Positions 30,554 through 40,891 of a stretch of 64,000 nt of DNA are shown in pieces. How positions within the stretch are numbered: position 1 is the first letter of the stretch; every line of letters starts with the position of its first letter. The stretch is from Nitrosopumilus sp. GTDB taxonomy: Archaea; Thermoproteota; Nitrososphaeria; Nitrososphaerales; Nitrosopumilaceae. The position numbers were made by a program, and so were the translations under genes. The notes under the pieces are model-generated. The model did no database searches, was not told the origin of the DNA, and worked only from the letters and a program-made list of their open reading frames with translations. The DNA lies in assembly GCA_963667665.2 (NCBI GenBank), contig OY763927.2, positions 1,088,001 through 1,152,000 on the forward strand, read 5' to 3'.

Positions 30554-30661
30554 ATGATTCAATGTGAATTTTGTACAAGAGGGTTTATTGAAACAATGAA
30601 TGGTTTGACTGAAAAGACATTTCATGAATTACTTCACGAGCCAAGAGTTGTAAACAAGTAA
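30554..30661 (+). CDS. 35-aa C2H2-type zinc-finger microprotein
   Basis: MIQCEFCTRGFIETMNGLTEKTFHELLHEPRVVNK (CxxC-x3-F...HxxxH); T-rich terminator-like tract follows. Confidence 0.65.
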   Translation: MIQCEFCTRGFIETMNGLTEKTFHELLHEPRVVNK

Positions 30662-30722
30662 CTCTTTACATTTTTTATTTTACACCTAACTTTTTTATCA
30701 TTAAATTTTTAATTTAATTCAT

Positions 30723-32105
30723 ATGGCTACCAAAACTTCGAAGAAAAAAATGACAAAACAAACAAAGAAAATTACAAAAAGAGAGCCAAGCCCATCCATA
30801 TTATTAAAGAAAGTAGCATCAGTTTCAGATTCTAACAAGGCATTGCAAAAAGAGATCAAGGGAATGTCAAAAATTTTTGGTGAAAACCAAAAGATCTTAG
30901 TATCAATGAAAGGTATGATTGATACATTAACATCGACATTAGAACATATTCAAAAACAATCAAGACAAATCAACATCATTGAAGATGATACACAAAAATT
31001 ATACTCTGGATTAAATCAAGTAAGAACACAATTTAATCTAGTCAACAAGATCAATGATCAAACTACCAAATTGCAAGATGAGGTAAACAAAATTTCAAAT
31101 GAATCGAAATCTCAAGGACTAACTCAAAAAGTAGAAGATAGTATGAATTCAATTAGAAATAATTCTCAAATGATAATCAAAATTGCTCAGAGAATTGATG
31201 AGGTAAGAGATGATCTAAAAAAAGTTTCTGGAAAAGCAGATTCATTTTTAGAAATTGGTTCTGAGATGAACAAATTAAAAAATAGTGTTGATATGATTTC
31301 AGGAAAAACTGGAAAAATAGAGATAGGAACCCAAATTATTGAAAGCTTAAAACAAGAACTTGGAAAAATTGTTGATGGGGGATCATTTACATCTAATCTT
31401 AATGCTGAATTACAAGCAATAAAAATTACAATTGATGCCATATCATCCAAAGCTTCAAAAATTGATTCATTAGGTGGAGTAATTGATGGCCTCAAACAAC
31501 AATTTGACACCATAGCATTAAAGACTAATTCTGTAGAAGGTTTGAGCCTAGAGTCAATCAGTGAGTTAGGAGATAAAATAAACAAGATTGAAGAAAAAGT
31601 AGCTTCTGTATCAGATATTGTAAAAAGACAAGATGCATCTACTGCAGAATTTCATAAAAAATCTGAAAAATTATTTGAAGAGATGCAATCAGTCAGAAAT
31701 GTTACAAGTAAAGCATCAAGTGATTCATCAAATGAGATGATGGCTTTGTTAAAGCTTTCAGAATATCAATCAGGTATCAGAATGAATGCAGAATCAAAGT
31801 ATGGTGATGTAAAAGATCTTGAAAAAATGGCGACACAAACTGCAAATATTGTTAATCTGTTTGATAGAATTTCAATAGAATCAGGTGAAAAGATTCCACT
31901 TCCTTATGAAGTAAGACAGTGGGCAGTGAGTAAAATTTTTGATTGCGCAGACAAGTGGGAGATTAGATTCAGCGATGTCTATTCAATTTTGACTAATGCA
32001 ATTGGAAAAGGCTTGTTTAAAGAAGTAGTAAGGATTCAACAAGTAAGAGACATTTATGGAATTAGAGCAGTAAACGAAATCAGAAATGATTTGAATATTT
32101 CTTAA
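30723..32105 (+). CDS. Long coiled-coil protein
   Basis: Heptad-rich 460-aa ORF with a basic N-terminus and a globular C-terminus. Confidence 0.8.
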   Translation: MATKTSKKKMTKQTKKITKREPSPSILLKKVASVSDSNKALQKEIKGMSKIFGENQKILVSMKGMIDTLTSTLEHIQKQSRQINIIEDDTQKLYSGLNQVRTQFNLVNKINDQTTKLQDEVNKISNESKSQGLTQKVEDSMNSIRNNSQMIIKIAQRIDEVRDDLKKVSGKADSFLEIGSEMNKLKNSVDMISGKTGKIEIGTQIIESLKQELGKIVDGGSFTSNLNAELQAIKITIDAISSKASKIDSLGGVIDGLKQQFDTIALKTNSVEGLSLESISELGDKINKIEEKVASVSDIVKRQDASTAEFHKKSEKLFEEMQSVRNVTSKASSDSSNEMMALLKLSEYQSGIRMNAESKYGDVKDLEKMATQTANIVNLFDRISIESGEKIPLPYEVRQWAVSKIFDCADKWEIRFSDVYSILTNAIGKGLFKEVVRIQQVRDIYGIRAVNEIRNDLNIS

Positions 32106-34171
32106 ACTCCTGTATCAATTTCTTTGAATTGTTCTTGTTTATTTTTTAATGCAGCAAAGATTGCCAAGATTGCGACAACCCAAATTACACTATACAGCAC
32201 ATTTGGAGCACTAACATACATGTACGGAGTGGCATCCATAATGTTGATCCTTAACTGTAAAGCCCTATCACTAAGATCTATCATTCCTGTATGATATGCA
32301 GAACTATCTTTTGGAACAGCTGAAATTTTCTCAACGCCTGTAAGCATAAAGTTCACATCATTTTGTATTCTAAGGAAGTTTGTAGAGTCTGTAGGAAACA
32401 CCCAAACTGGATTTTTGGCAATAATTTCACCATTTTCATTTGTTGTTTCAAGTAAATTTGGATTTTCCATAACAATTTCTAAATCTGCGTGAATTGCCAC
32501 CAAATGAGCACGGATTGCAGCAGGATCAGACGAACCAATAATTCCATCAAGATGTCCCCTCATCCTATCAAGAGGGTAGATGTCGGTGTTGTAACCACTA
32601 ATTGCCATATATCCTCCAAAAACAATAATTCCAATTATTCCAATCATGGAAAGTTTGTAAACAATTTTTGCCATTTTTTCGTTCTTGGTCATTACATGAT
32701 TATTACTTGATTTATTTCTTTTAAATCGCGTATGAGACAGGCTCATGTAAGCAATATAAAAAAATCCAACAGTTTGCAATCCAATGATTGGTACAAACAC
32801 AGGGTTGTTTGAAAAAATTGAAATAAAAATTGCCATTATTCCATATACACCAAAAAATATCTCCAAGAGAGTAGTTTGGGAAAAAGGCAAATTGTATGAT
32901 TTGTTTTTCCAATCATCATCTTTTGTTATGATTCCATATTTTGGAGTTCTAAGAAATTCATTTTTCTTTCCAAGTACTGCATCAAAGACTGCAACAGTGT
33001 TATTTACGGACAACCCAGCATTGTAGACTAACAAGAATGGTAGTATCTTTGCTTTTGATTTCCAAGACTTGTGATACATACTTTGTATAATCATGATGTA
33101 TGCACCTGGCCCCATTGCAAGATATGTTGCAAATGTAATAAGAGGAAGAAAACTAATCACGTAAAGATTAACTTGTCCTGCTAACAAAACTGGTAATGCC
33201 AAAAATTGTATCAGCATTAATGGATAAACAATATGACGAGTAAGTTGTATGAATGCTTGAATCTTTGCTTCAACTGCAACTTTACGTTTAACAGCAATAT
33301 CAAAAAGTAATTTTATTGCGCATTGAATAGAACCTTTTGCCCAACGGAATTGTTGTCTTTTTGCTGCATTCATTTGAGCAGGAAGTTCTGCATCAACTAC
33401 AATATCAGGCAAGAACACACATTTCCATCCTTTCATTTGTGCTCTATAACTAAGATCAAGGTCTTCAACTAGTGTAGCAGTATGCCAACCTCCAGCATCT
33501 TCAATGCAATCACGTTTCCAAATTCCAGCAGTACCATTGAAATTCATGAATAGGTGAGAATTACTTTTAGCTTTTTGTTCTATTAGAAAATGAAAGTCAA
33601 GACTGAGTGCTTGGACTTGAGTAATTGCAGAATAGTTTTCATTGACATGTCCCCAACGACATTGAAGAAGACCAATATTTGGTTTTGAAAAGTAAGGAAT
33701 TGCGCGTTTTAGAAACCATGTAGGAGGAATAAAGTCAGCATCAAAGATTGCAACAAACTCTGAATCTGTTATCTGCATGGCGTATTTCAATGCGCCTGCT
33801 TTGTACCCTTTTCTGGTTCCACGTCTTATATGATCAATTTGAAATCCTTGTTTCTTGTAATCAGAAACTACATTTTCAAGTAATTCAACTGTATCATCAT
33901 CAGAGTCATCTAACACCATTATTTTCAGTTTCTTTTTTGGATAATCCAAATTACATACTGCATCTACGAGTCTCTTTGCAACATATTTTTCGTTGTATAT
34001 TGGAAGTTGAATTGTAACTGACGGGGTACCTAAATCAACAGTAGGCAAAACATCTTTTCTTTTTCGAGAAAGAAAAGCCAGATAGTAAAAATTGCAAGTA
34101 TATGCAGTAATTATGATAGCTGATAAAATAAACAGATCAAAAACAAGCTGAGTGAAAGGATTGATTGGCAT
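32102..34171 (-). CDS. Processive GT2 glycosyltransferase (cellulose-synthase-like) with an additional C-terminal extracellular domain
   Basis: QLPIYNE, DDSDD, GYKAGAL, FDADF, VEDLD and QQFRW motifs; multiple TM segments. Confidence 0.9.
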   Translation of the reverse strand: MPINPFTQLVFDLFILSAIIITAYTCNFYYLAFLSRKRKDVLPTVDLGTPSVTIQLPIYNEKYVAKRLVDAVCNLDYPKKKLKIMVLDDSDDDTVELLENVVSDYKKQGFQIDHIRRGTRKGYKAGALKYAMQITDSEFVAIFDADFIPPTWFLKRAIPYFSKPNIGLLQCRWGHVNENYSAITQVQALSLDFHFLIEQKAKSNSHLFMNFNGTAGIWKRDCIEDAGGWHTATLVEDLDLSYRAQMKGWKCVFLPDIVVDAELPAQMNAAKRQQFRWAKGSIQCAIKLLFDIAVKRKVAVEAKIQAFIQLTRHIVYPLMLIQFLALPVLLAGQVNLYVISFLPLITFATYLAMGPGAYIMIIQSMYHKSWKSKAKILPFLLVYNAGLSVNNTVAVFDAVLGKKNEFLRTPKYGIITKDDDWKNKSYNLPFSQTTLLEIFFGVYGIMAIFISIFSNNPVFVPIIGLQTVGFFYIAYMSLSHTRFKRNKSSNNHVMTKNEKMAKIVYKLSMIGIIGIIVFGGYMAISGYNTDIYPLDRMRGHLDGIIGSSDPAAIRAHLVAIHADLEIVMENPNLLETTNENGEIIAKNPVWVFPTDSTNFLRIQNDVNFMLTGVEKISAVPKDSSAYHTGMIDLSDRALQLRINIMDATPYMYVSAPNVLYSVIWVVAILAIFAALKNKQEQFKEIDTGV

Positions 34172-34225
34172 ATCCCTAATTTCTCAGATTCATTATTCTC
34201 TATTTATACTTGCAAAAAATTATAA

Positions 34226-35170
34226 TTATTTCAACTCAAAGATTTTGATTGCTTGTGGTGGGCAAACACCTTCACATGCTAGACAAAATATACAATCGGG
34301 TTCTTTTGACATTAACGGTTTCTGCTCTGATGCAGGATTTCCCGGAGTATCAAACCACTCATAAACATCTACAGGACATGCTTCAATACATCCACCATCT
34401 GCAATACAGATATCATAATCTACTGAAACAAATTCGCCCCAAACTCCCATAATTCCATTACTTGTACCTTTTCGTCCCCAAGTTTTGATTGAATATCCAG
34501 CTGCATCATATACTGCAGATTGTTTCATTTTGGATTTGTATTCAACATCAATTGGACCAGGTTTAGCGCCATCTGGAATTTCCATTTCCCCTTCATCTTC
34601 TTCACCTTCTTCTATTACTTCAACTGCTTTGGCTTTTGCACCAAGAACGATTTTTGCCAAAGGAGTAAGTTCTTCAAGTTTTTGAATAGCTGCAATCTCT
34701 GAGATCTTTTCTTTTTTTACATAATAAGAAATCATCTTGTCAGACAAGATAGTGTTTCGCAAAATAGTATCAATTACCATTTTTGCAAAATGGTCTGCTT
34801 TCTTTCTATAATCTAAAACCCAATTAGGATCACCAAATTTTTCAATTGGAAAAATTTGATAAATAATATCAACTACTACACCAGTTACAATTTCAACTGT
34901 AATAGATAATTCAACTTCGCGGTATCCTTTTGCTTCTGGATCTTTCATGTTTTGTTCTTTCCAGCGATATGTTGCAAAAATTCTGTCAGCATACATATCC
35001 ATTTCAAATGTCTTTTTGAGTCCATCATGAATTGATTTTATTTCTGCTGGATCTTCAAGTGTAATTGGTAGTCTGTAAAGTCCAATTTTGTAACCATGTA
35101 ATGGATAAACACCACGTTTTGCAGTTGGAGCCTCCATGGACCAAACTCGATCTTTTAAGAGTAAAGACAT
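34226..35170 (-). CDS. Unknown ~190-aa domain fused to a dicluster (7Fe-type) ferredoxin
   Basis: CIADGGCIEACP and CIFCLACEGVCP motifs. Confidence 0.85.
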   Translation of the reverse strand: MSLLLKDRVWSMEAPTAKRGVYPLHGYKIGLYRLPITLEDPAEIKSIHDGLKKTFEMDMYADRIFATYRWKEQNMKDPEAKGYREVELSITVEIVTGVVVDIIYQIFPIEKFGDPNWVLDYRKKADHFAKMVIDTILRNTILSDKMISYYVKKEKISEIAAIQKLEELTPLAKIVLGAKAKAVEVIEEGEEDEGEMEIPDGAKPGPIDVEYKSKMKQSAVYDAAGYSIKTWGRKGTSNGIMGVWGEFVSVDYDICIADGGCIEACPVDVYEWFDTPGNPASEQKPLMSKEPDCIFCLACEGVCPPQAIKIFELK

Positions 35171-35207
35171 CTAATTTTTTAAGCACAAATTAATTTAAAA
35201 ATGTTTG

Positions 35208-35519
35208 TCAGTTATCATCATCTGGACACGTAAGTTCTCGTAGTTCAGTGTATTTTTTGTCCAGTGCCTCTGCATACACCACAACCTGTGATAAATCAAA
35301 AGAATTCTTGGAAAAATACCATCTAATAGGAACCCAATGTCCAATTCCATCCATATCATGAATCATTCCCTTATCAGCTTTGACGTGTAGTTTTTCATCT
35401 ATAGATGTCTCTTTTACAGTAAGTCCTCTCTTGGTGTTATCTTCTAAAATAAGATCTGTGTCACCATCTTTGATAAAATAGAAAAAACCTTTCTTTAGAA
35501 CAGGAAGGTCTAAAAGCAA
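35208..35519 (-). CDS. Hypothetical protein coupled to the sulfurtransferase gene
   Basis: 103-aa ORF starting 1 bp after the rhodanese stop. Confidence 0.75.
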   Translation of the reverse strand: MLLDLPVLKKGFFYFIKDGDTDLILEDNTKRGLTVKETSIDEKLHVKADKGMIHDMDGIGHWVPIRWYFSKNSFDLSQVVVYAEALDKKYTELRELTCPDDDN

Positions 35520-35520
35520 T

Positions 35521-36366
35521 TTATTTTTCCACAGGATTTCCGATCATGTTGCCCCATTCAGTCCAAGAACCATCATAGTTTCGAACCTTGGAATAGCCGA
35601 GTAGATATTTTAAAACAAACCAACTATGTGATGATCTTTCCCCAATTCTACAATAGCATATTACATCTTTGTCTGAAGTAATACCTTTTGGTTCATAATT
35701 TTGTTTCAAGTCTTCAACTGCTTTGAATGTTCCATCAGCATCATTAACTGCAGTTGCCCATGGAATATTATTTGCACCAGGAATATGTCCACCTCTTTGT
35801 GCATGTTCCATTGGATATTCCGGAGGAGCAGTAATTTCGCCAGAGAATTCAGCAGGTGATCTAACATCAACCATCACACTATCTTCTCTTCCCATTGCTC
35901 TACTAACATCAGATAAATAAGCACGTAATCCTTCATCTGGAGGTTGTGCATTGTATGTTGTAGATGTCATTTGTGGTTCATCTGTAGTGTAATCTTTGTT
36001 TTCTAATTCCCATTTTTTTCTTCCGCCGTTCATAATCTTTAGATTTTCATGTCCATAATATTTGAAAACCCAGAAAACAAATGCTGCAAACCAATTGTTA
36101 AAGTCACCATAAAGAATTACTTCAGTGTCAGAAGTGATTCCATTTTTTGACATTAATGCTTCAAATTGTTTTTTACTAATTATATCTCGAGTAACAGGAT
36201 CATTAATGTCACGTTTCCACCAAATAAGGCTCGCACCATTAATGTGACCTTTCTCATATCCATTTACTGGATCATAATCAACTTCTACTAATTTCCTATT
36301 GTTGTTAGGAGGATTTTTAGATACCCAGTCAGTATCTACTAAAACTTCAGGATGTGCGTAACTCAT
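35521..36366 (-). CDS. Tandem-domain rhodanese / thiosulfate sulfurtransferase (CysA/SseA-like)
   Basis: GHIPGA, active-site CRIGER and YDGSWTEW motifs. Confidence 0.93.
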   Translation of the reverse strand: MSYAHPEVLVDTDWVSKNPPNNNRKLVEVDYDPVNGYEKGHINGASLIWWKRDINDPVTRDIISKKQFEALMSKNGITSDTEVILYGDFNNWFAAFVFWVFKYYGHENLKIMNGGRKKWELENKDYTTDEPQMTSTTYNAQPPDEGLRAYLSDVSRAMGREDSVMVDVRSPAEFSGEITAPPEYPMEHAQRGGHIPGANNIPWATAVNDADGTFKAVEDLKQNYEPKGITSDKDVICYCRIGERSSHSWFVLKYLLGYSKVRNYDGSWTEWGNMIGNPVEK

Positions 36367-36454
36367 ACCTTAGACAAATTTGTTTGCATACTTAATTGTT
36401 TTTCAAATGCAGTAAAAATATCATTTTTATGTAAATAGAATTCAGAAGAACTGC

Positions 36455-37270
36455 TTGAAACTTCAAAAAGTTGCAGTAGTAAGTAAAGTAGGTTCTAAAG
36501 ATTCAGAGCAAGCTGGAAAAGATGTTGTAAAAAAACTATTAGCAAAAAAAGCTACAGTCTATACAATTTCCCCAATTGAAGTAAAGGGTGCAAAAAAAAT
36601 TGAAACATTAGAGGAATTAAAAAAAGTGAAACTAGACCTTGTAATTACTCTTGGAGGAGATGGAACAACTCTTCGAGTTTTTAGAAACCTACAGAATGAA
36701 ACACCAATTCTAACTATCAACGTAGGTGGAAATAGAGGAATTTTATCAGAAATAACATTTGAAGAATTTAATGATGCAATTGATCAAATTTTAAAAGGCA
36801 AGTTCTTCTTGGACAAAAGAATCAGAGTAGTTGCATCTTGTGGAGGAAAAGAATTCCCACCAGCACTAAATGAGATCTACATTAGTAGAACAAACTTGAC
36901 TAAAACTGCGGAAATTGAAGTGAAATTTCAAAATGACACTGTAAAACAAAAAATGGATGGAGTAATTGTTGCAACACCTAGTGGATCTACGGGTCATTCA
37001 TTTTCTTTAGGAGGTCCAATTTTGCATGAAAGCTTGGATGTTCTAATTATTACTCCAGTTGCACCAGTATACAGATTAGAATCAATTGTAGTTCCAGATG
37101 AGAAAATCGAGATTGTGTGTTCTCACGATTGTAATATCGTAATGGATGCACAAGTGGTTAAAGCTGCAGGATATGGAGAACCAATAATTATTAAAAAATA
37201 CAAAAAAACAGCAGTCTTTGTAAGATTGAAAAAACGAGGACTGAGACAAATGAGTAAGCTTGGATTTTAG
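36455..37270 (+). CDS. nadK: NAD(+) kinase
   Basis: GGDGT, NE and DGVIVATPSGSTGHSFSLGGP motifs. Confidence 0.93.
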   Translation: MKLQKVAVVSKVGSKDSEQAGKDVVKKLLAKKATVYTISPIEVKGAKKIETLEELKKVKLDLVITLGGDGTTLRVFRNLQNETPILTINVGGNRGILSEITFEEFNDAIDQILKGKFFLDKRIRVVASCGGKEFPPALNEIYISRTNLTKTAEIEVKFQNDTVKQKMDGVIVATPSGSTGHSFSLGGPILHESLDVLIITPVAPVYRLESIVVPDEKIEIVCSHDCNIVMDAQVVKAAGYGEPIIIKKYKKTAVFVRLKKRGLRQMSKLGF

Positions 37271-37736
37271 AATTTTAGATGCTAGTGCATTTTATGCAGG
37301 AGTTCCATTTAGATCATCTAGTGTTTACCATACAACATCTCTTGTTTATGATGAAATTAGGCACATAAAGAAAAATCACGGTGCTCTTGAAATTTTACTT
37401 GAAACTAAAAGACTGAAAATCAGAGAACCAGATAAAGAATCAACAGAAGTTGCAGTAAAGGCTGCAAAAGACACTGGAGATTTCCCACAGTTAACAAAAC
37501 AAGATATTTCCATCATTGCGTTATGTATTGAAATGAGTGGTGAAATAATTAGTGATGATTTTGCAATTTCAAATGTAGTAAAGAATCTAGGTTTAAAAAT
37601 ATCACCAATAATGACTCAAGGAATTAAAGATGTAGGGAAATGGATTCATTATTGTCCAGGATGTAAAACTAACCATACTAATGTTAAAGAGTGTCCAATA
37701 TGTGGAACACCATTGAAAAGAAAACTACTCAAGTGA
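37260..37736 (+). CDS. nob1: Nob1 PIN-domain rRNA maturation endonuclease
   Basis: ILDASAF, L...D and SDDFAI motifs plus a C-terminal CxxC/CxxC zinc ribbon. Confidence 0.88.
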   Translation: MDFRILDASAFYAGVPFRSSSVYHTTSLVYDEIRHIKKNHGALEILLETKRLKIREPDKESTEVAVKAAKDTGDFPQLTKQDISIIALCIEMSGEIISDDFAISNVVKNLGLKISPIMTQGIKDVGKWIHYCPGCKTNHTNVKECPICGTPLKRKLLK

Positions 37737-37739
37737 CAA

Positions 37740-38426
37740 TCATGCATCATGTAAAGTTTTTTGGTTGGACTTTTTGAGAAATTTACTTTTAGATTCTAAT
37801 ATTTTTTTGATTTTCTTTGCTCGTGCTTCACCCAGTCCTTCAACTTTTGCTAATTCAATAGCAGTAGCTGTGAACACTTTGAATGGAGTTCCAAATTTTT
37901 CAAGCATCCTAACTGCAAATTTTTCTCCTATTCCAGGTAAACTACAAAGAACAGATAGTTGTTGTTTTTGTAAATCAGAAGATTTTTTAATTTTTTTTAA
38001 ATAAGGACCGTTAGGAGCATCTTTTCTTGAACACATTGAGACCAATAATTTTGCTGTATGAGTTGCATTAGGAGTAGGAATTATTGGAATTTTAAAATCA
38101 ATGGCAACAGTAGAAAGAGCACCATAAAATATCAGCGGATTATCAGTGATGTCCTCAATTTCATCAACATTTCCTTCTACGAGTATTATAGGAAATGCAA
38201 AATGTTCTTTGAGTCTAGAACACTGATCAAAGAGTCGCCCATCAAAAACTGATGACATTAAATCGCGAATACTCTTTCTTTCTACAACTGTTTCTGGTGC
38301 AACAATATAATCACCGATAGGAAGTGTCTTCATCTCAACGTTCAACCCAACTGACTTGAGAAGTTCAGGAATTCCACTTTTCCGTTCTCGTTCATCTACA
38401 ATAATTCGAAGATTTTCTAATTTCAT
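37740..38426 (-). CDS. xpf: XPF/ERCC4 structure-specific endonuclease (short form with HhH2)
   Basis: VDERE, GDY and VERKS motifs; two HhH motifs; PIP-like QKTL tail. Confidence 0.92.
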   Translation of the reverse strand: MKLENLRIIVDERERKSGIPELLKSVGLNVEMKTLPIGDYIVAPETVVERKSIRDLMSSVFDGRLFDQCSRLKEHFAFPIILVEGNVDEIEDITDNPLIFYGALSTVAIDFKIPIIPTPNATHTAKLLVSMCSRKDAPNGPYLKKIKKSSDLQKQQLSVLCSLPGIGEKFAVRMLEKFGTPFKVFTATAIELAKVEGLGEARAKKIKKILESKSKFLKKSNQKTLHDA

Positions 38427-38479
38427 CTAGAATACTTTTACAGATTTATCAATATCTTATTTAAAATCAGTGTATAAGA

Positions 38480-38875
38480 TTATTTTCTAGGATTATCTTC
38501 TGCTGGTGGAGAACTTTTAGAACTAGATTTCATCATTTCAGTAATTTTTGATTCTTGTTCTTTAAGAGATTCTTTGACACGAGTTTCTTGTTTTTCAAGA
38601 ACAGTCACACGTGTTTTTGCCATCTCTTGTTTTTCTTCTAATTCATCAATTAGTTCTTTTTTTGTTGATTTAATTAAAACAGTACCTGCATGTTTGAATA
38701 CAGTATCACCATCTGCAACTTTCTTTAATTCTTCAAGAGCTTTTGCTGTTTCTGCGTTTTCCATTTCAAGATGTTGTTTTTGAGTCATAATTGATTGGAG
38801 ATTTTGTTGGGATTGTTGTAATTTCATAATTTGTTCTTGAAGCCATGGTGGCATTTGTGGCGATGACATATTCAT
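38480..38875 (-). CDS. pfdB: Prefoldin beta subunit
   Basis: Coiled coil - VFKHAGTVLI hairpin - coiled coil; exosome operon context. Confidence 0.92.
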   Translation of the reverse strand: MNMSSPQMPPWLQEQIMKLQQSQQNLQSIMTQKQHLEMENAETAKALEELKKVADGDTVFKHAGTVLIKSTKKELIDELEEKQEMAKTRVTVLEKQETRVKESLKEQESKITEMMKSSSKSSPPAEDNPRK

Positions 38876-38892
38876 TCAAAAAATTTGTTTCA

Positions 38893-39138
38893 TTATATCT
38901 TTACCGATTCAATTGAATCGTGGCTAACTTGAATTAGTCTAAGTGTAGAATTAAGATTGGCTCTTAAATGAGGTAAATGTTCAGATTCAACAAAAATGCT
39001 TAACTCTTCATCAAATGTTATCTCAGTCTTTACAGGATTTTCAGGATAAAATTCGTTGTCAGTATTTACAGAATCATAAATTGCTTTTGTTTTGTCGTTT
39101 GCATTAATAGTGATTTTTGCACTAAAGTTTAATGTCAT
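38893..39138 (-). CDS. pcc1: KEOPS complex subunit Pcc1
   Basis: LRANLNSTLRLI motif; operon position. Confidence 0.85.
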   Translation of the reverse strand: MTLNFSAKITINANDKTKAIYDSVNTDNEFYPENPVKTEITFDEELSIFVESEHLPHLRANLNSTLRLIQVSHDSIESVKI

Positions 39139-39334
39139 ATGCAGTTCCAGCTACTTTAAAGCTGCATTTTTTACAAGACCAAATTCCCACAGCATCTCGA
39201 CCAAATGTTGTTGAGGCGCATTCAGGGCAGTTTCTCTTTTCTTTTAATTGAAAATGGATTTTTGTATATTGTTTCCTAAGTTTAATTCCATATCTTGCAC
39301 CTAATCCTTTAAGAGATTTTTTTGCTTTTGCCAT
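39122..39334 (-). CDS. rpl37ae: 50S ribosomal protein L37ae (eL43)
   Basis: GARYG, CPEC, GIWSCKKC and AGTAY motifs. Confidence 0.93.
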   Translation of the reverse strand: MAKAKKSLKGLGARYGIKLRKQYTKIHFQLKEKRNCPECASTTFGRDAVGIWSCKKCSFKVAGTAYDIKL

Positions 39335-39335
39335 T

Positions 39336-40154
39336 TTATTGAGCTCCCTGTTGAGCTTCTTTTAATTTTTCTCTGATTTTTGCACCTACTCTAACAGAAA
39401 GTTCTCCACATTGAACAATTTCGTCTTGTGTGAATCCATCACTACCACCTTTCTGCAAGGCACAAATATTTTCATCAGAATTGGTTGTAATTGTAATTCT
39501 TGCATCCATGCTAGCCCATTCATCTCCATTTGGATCAACAACAATATGATTTCCAATCTTTGCCATAGTTACAGATACTGGAATTGTTGCAGTTGGTAAT
39601 GGAGTTGCTTCCGCATCAACAAGTGTTGGTTTATCATTTTCCATAACCCATTTTGGGGTTTTAGATGTAAGTAGTGCAGCAGTAGCAGCATAAGAGCATG
39701 CATCAAAGAGATTGCCATCATAATCAATAACTACAATATCAGCAAATACACCAACTACTGACTTGTCTTTTTCAATAACTAGTTGTGACACATCAATCAT
39801 ATGACTTTCTCTAATTCCCCTATCAGTAACTCGTGCCAATTCAATTACATGAGGTTGTGGTGGCCCAGTTTCAACAGTAGGATGTGAAAGTGGTAAAAGT
39901 TCAGCAGTACAAATGAAAATACCTTTGTCACCCATATCTGGAAAAGGTCTATCGGGTTGGATTTTTACTCCACATAAAACTTCGGTGTCACCTAGAAATA
40001 CTCTTGCCGAACCATTTGCTTTAGGAACAGCGTTAATTTCAATTGATATTTCTCTTGGTTCATCTAGTGCTCGTCCGTCTATTCTTTTTCCTTGTTCTAG
40101 TAATTCAAGAATTTGTGACCTTTTTAATTCGTCAATTACAGTACGTGATGCCAT
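39336..40154 (-). CDS. rrp42: Exosome subunit Rrp42
   Basis: GKRIDGR, ANGSARV, ELAR..DRGIRES and DYDGNLFDA motifs. Confidence 0.95.
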   Translation of the reverse strand: MASRTVIDELKRSQILELLEQGKRIDGRALDEPREISIEINAVPKANGSARVFLGDTEVLCGVKIQPDRPFPDMGDKGIFICTAELLPLSHPTVETGPPQPHVIELARVTDRGIRESHMIDVSQLVIEKDKSVVGVFADIVVIDYDGNLFDACSYAATAALLTSKTPKWVMENDKPTLVDAEATPLPTATIPVSVTMAKIGNHIVVDPNGDEWASMDARITITTNSDENICALQKGGSDGFTQDEIVQCGELSVRVGAKIREKLKEAQQGAQ

Positions 40155-40156
40155 TT

Positions 40157-40891
40157 CTAGTCTTTTCCTGATCCAAAGTATTTGTCATTGAGTGCTTTCT
40201 TTTGTACTTCATAAACAATTTTGCAACCTTTAACTCCAACGTCTACACATTTTTTATATTCTTCAGTAGTTAGAACTCCATCTAATTGTAATAACGTAAT
40301 TTTTTCAAGACTTGGCATATAACCAATTGGCATATCTGCTTGACCTGCTTGGTCTTCTTCATTGTTAACATCAAGAACTATAGTATCAGCTACTTTACCT
40401 GAAGCACATGCTGCAACCATATCCCTCATTGGAATTCCTGCATCTGCTAATGCAACAGAGGCTGCAGAAAGTGCTGCACATCTAGTACCACCATCGGCTT
40501 GTAAGACTTCAATAAATACATCAACTGCTGTTCTTGGAAATTTTTCCAACATTACTGCAGGTTCTAGTGCCTCTTTGATTACTTTGGAAATTTCAATCTC
40601 TCTTCTTGAAGGAGCAGGATTTTTTCTGTCACTAACAGAGAATGGTTCCATATGATATCTAACTCGTAAAATTCCTGTATCAGTATCTGACATGTGTTTT
40701 GGATGAACATCTCTTGGACCAAAAATACCAACTAGTATTTTATTATCACCAAATTCAATGTAAGCAGAACCGTCTGCATTTTTTAGTCCACCAGCTCTAA
40801 TCGTTATTTTTCTTGTTTCATCAATTTTTCGTCCATCACAACGAATTCCATTTTCGTCCAATAGGACCATTGTTGCATCTCGTCCACCCAT
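40157..40891 (-). CDS. rrp41: Exosome subunit Rrp41
   Basis: ADGSAYIE, PSRREIEISKVI and QADGGTR motifs. Confidence 0.95.
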   Translation of the reverse strand: MGGRDATMVLLDENGIRCDGRKIDETRKITIRAGGLKNADGSAYIEFGDNKILVGIFGPRDVHPKHMSDTDTGILRVRYHMEPFSVSDRKNPAPSRREIEISKVIKEALEPAVMLEKFPRTAVDVFIEVLQADGGTRCAALSAASVALADAGIPMRDMVAACASGKVADTIVLDVNNEEDQAGQADMPIGYMPSLEKITLLQLDGVLTTEEYKKCVDVGVKGCKIVYEVQKKALNDKYFGSGKD

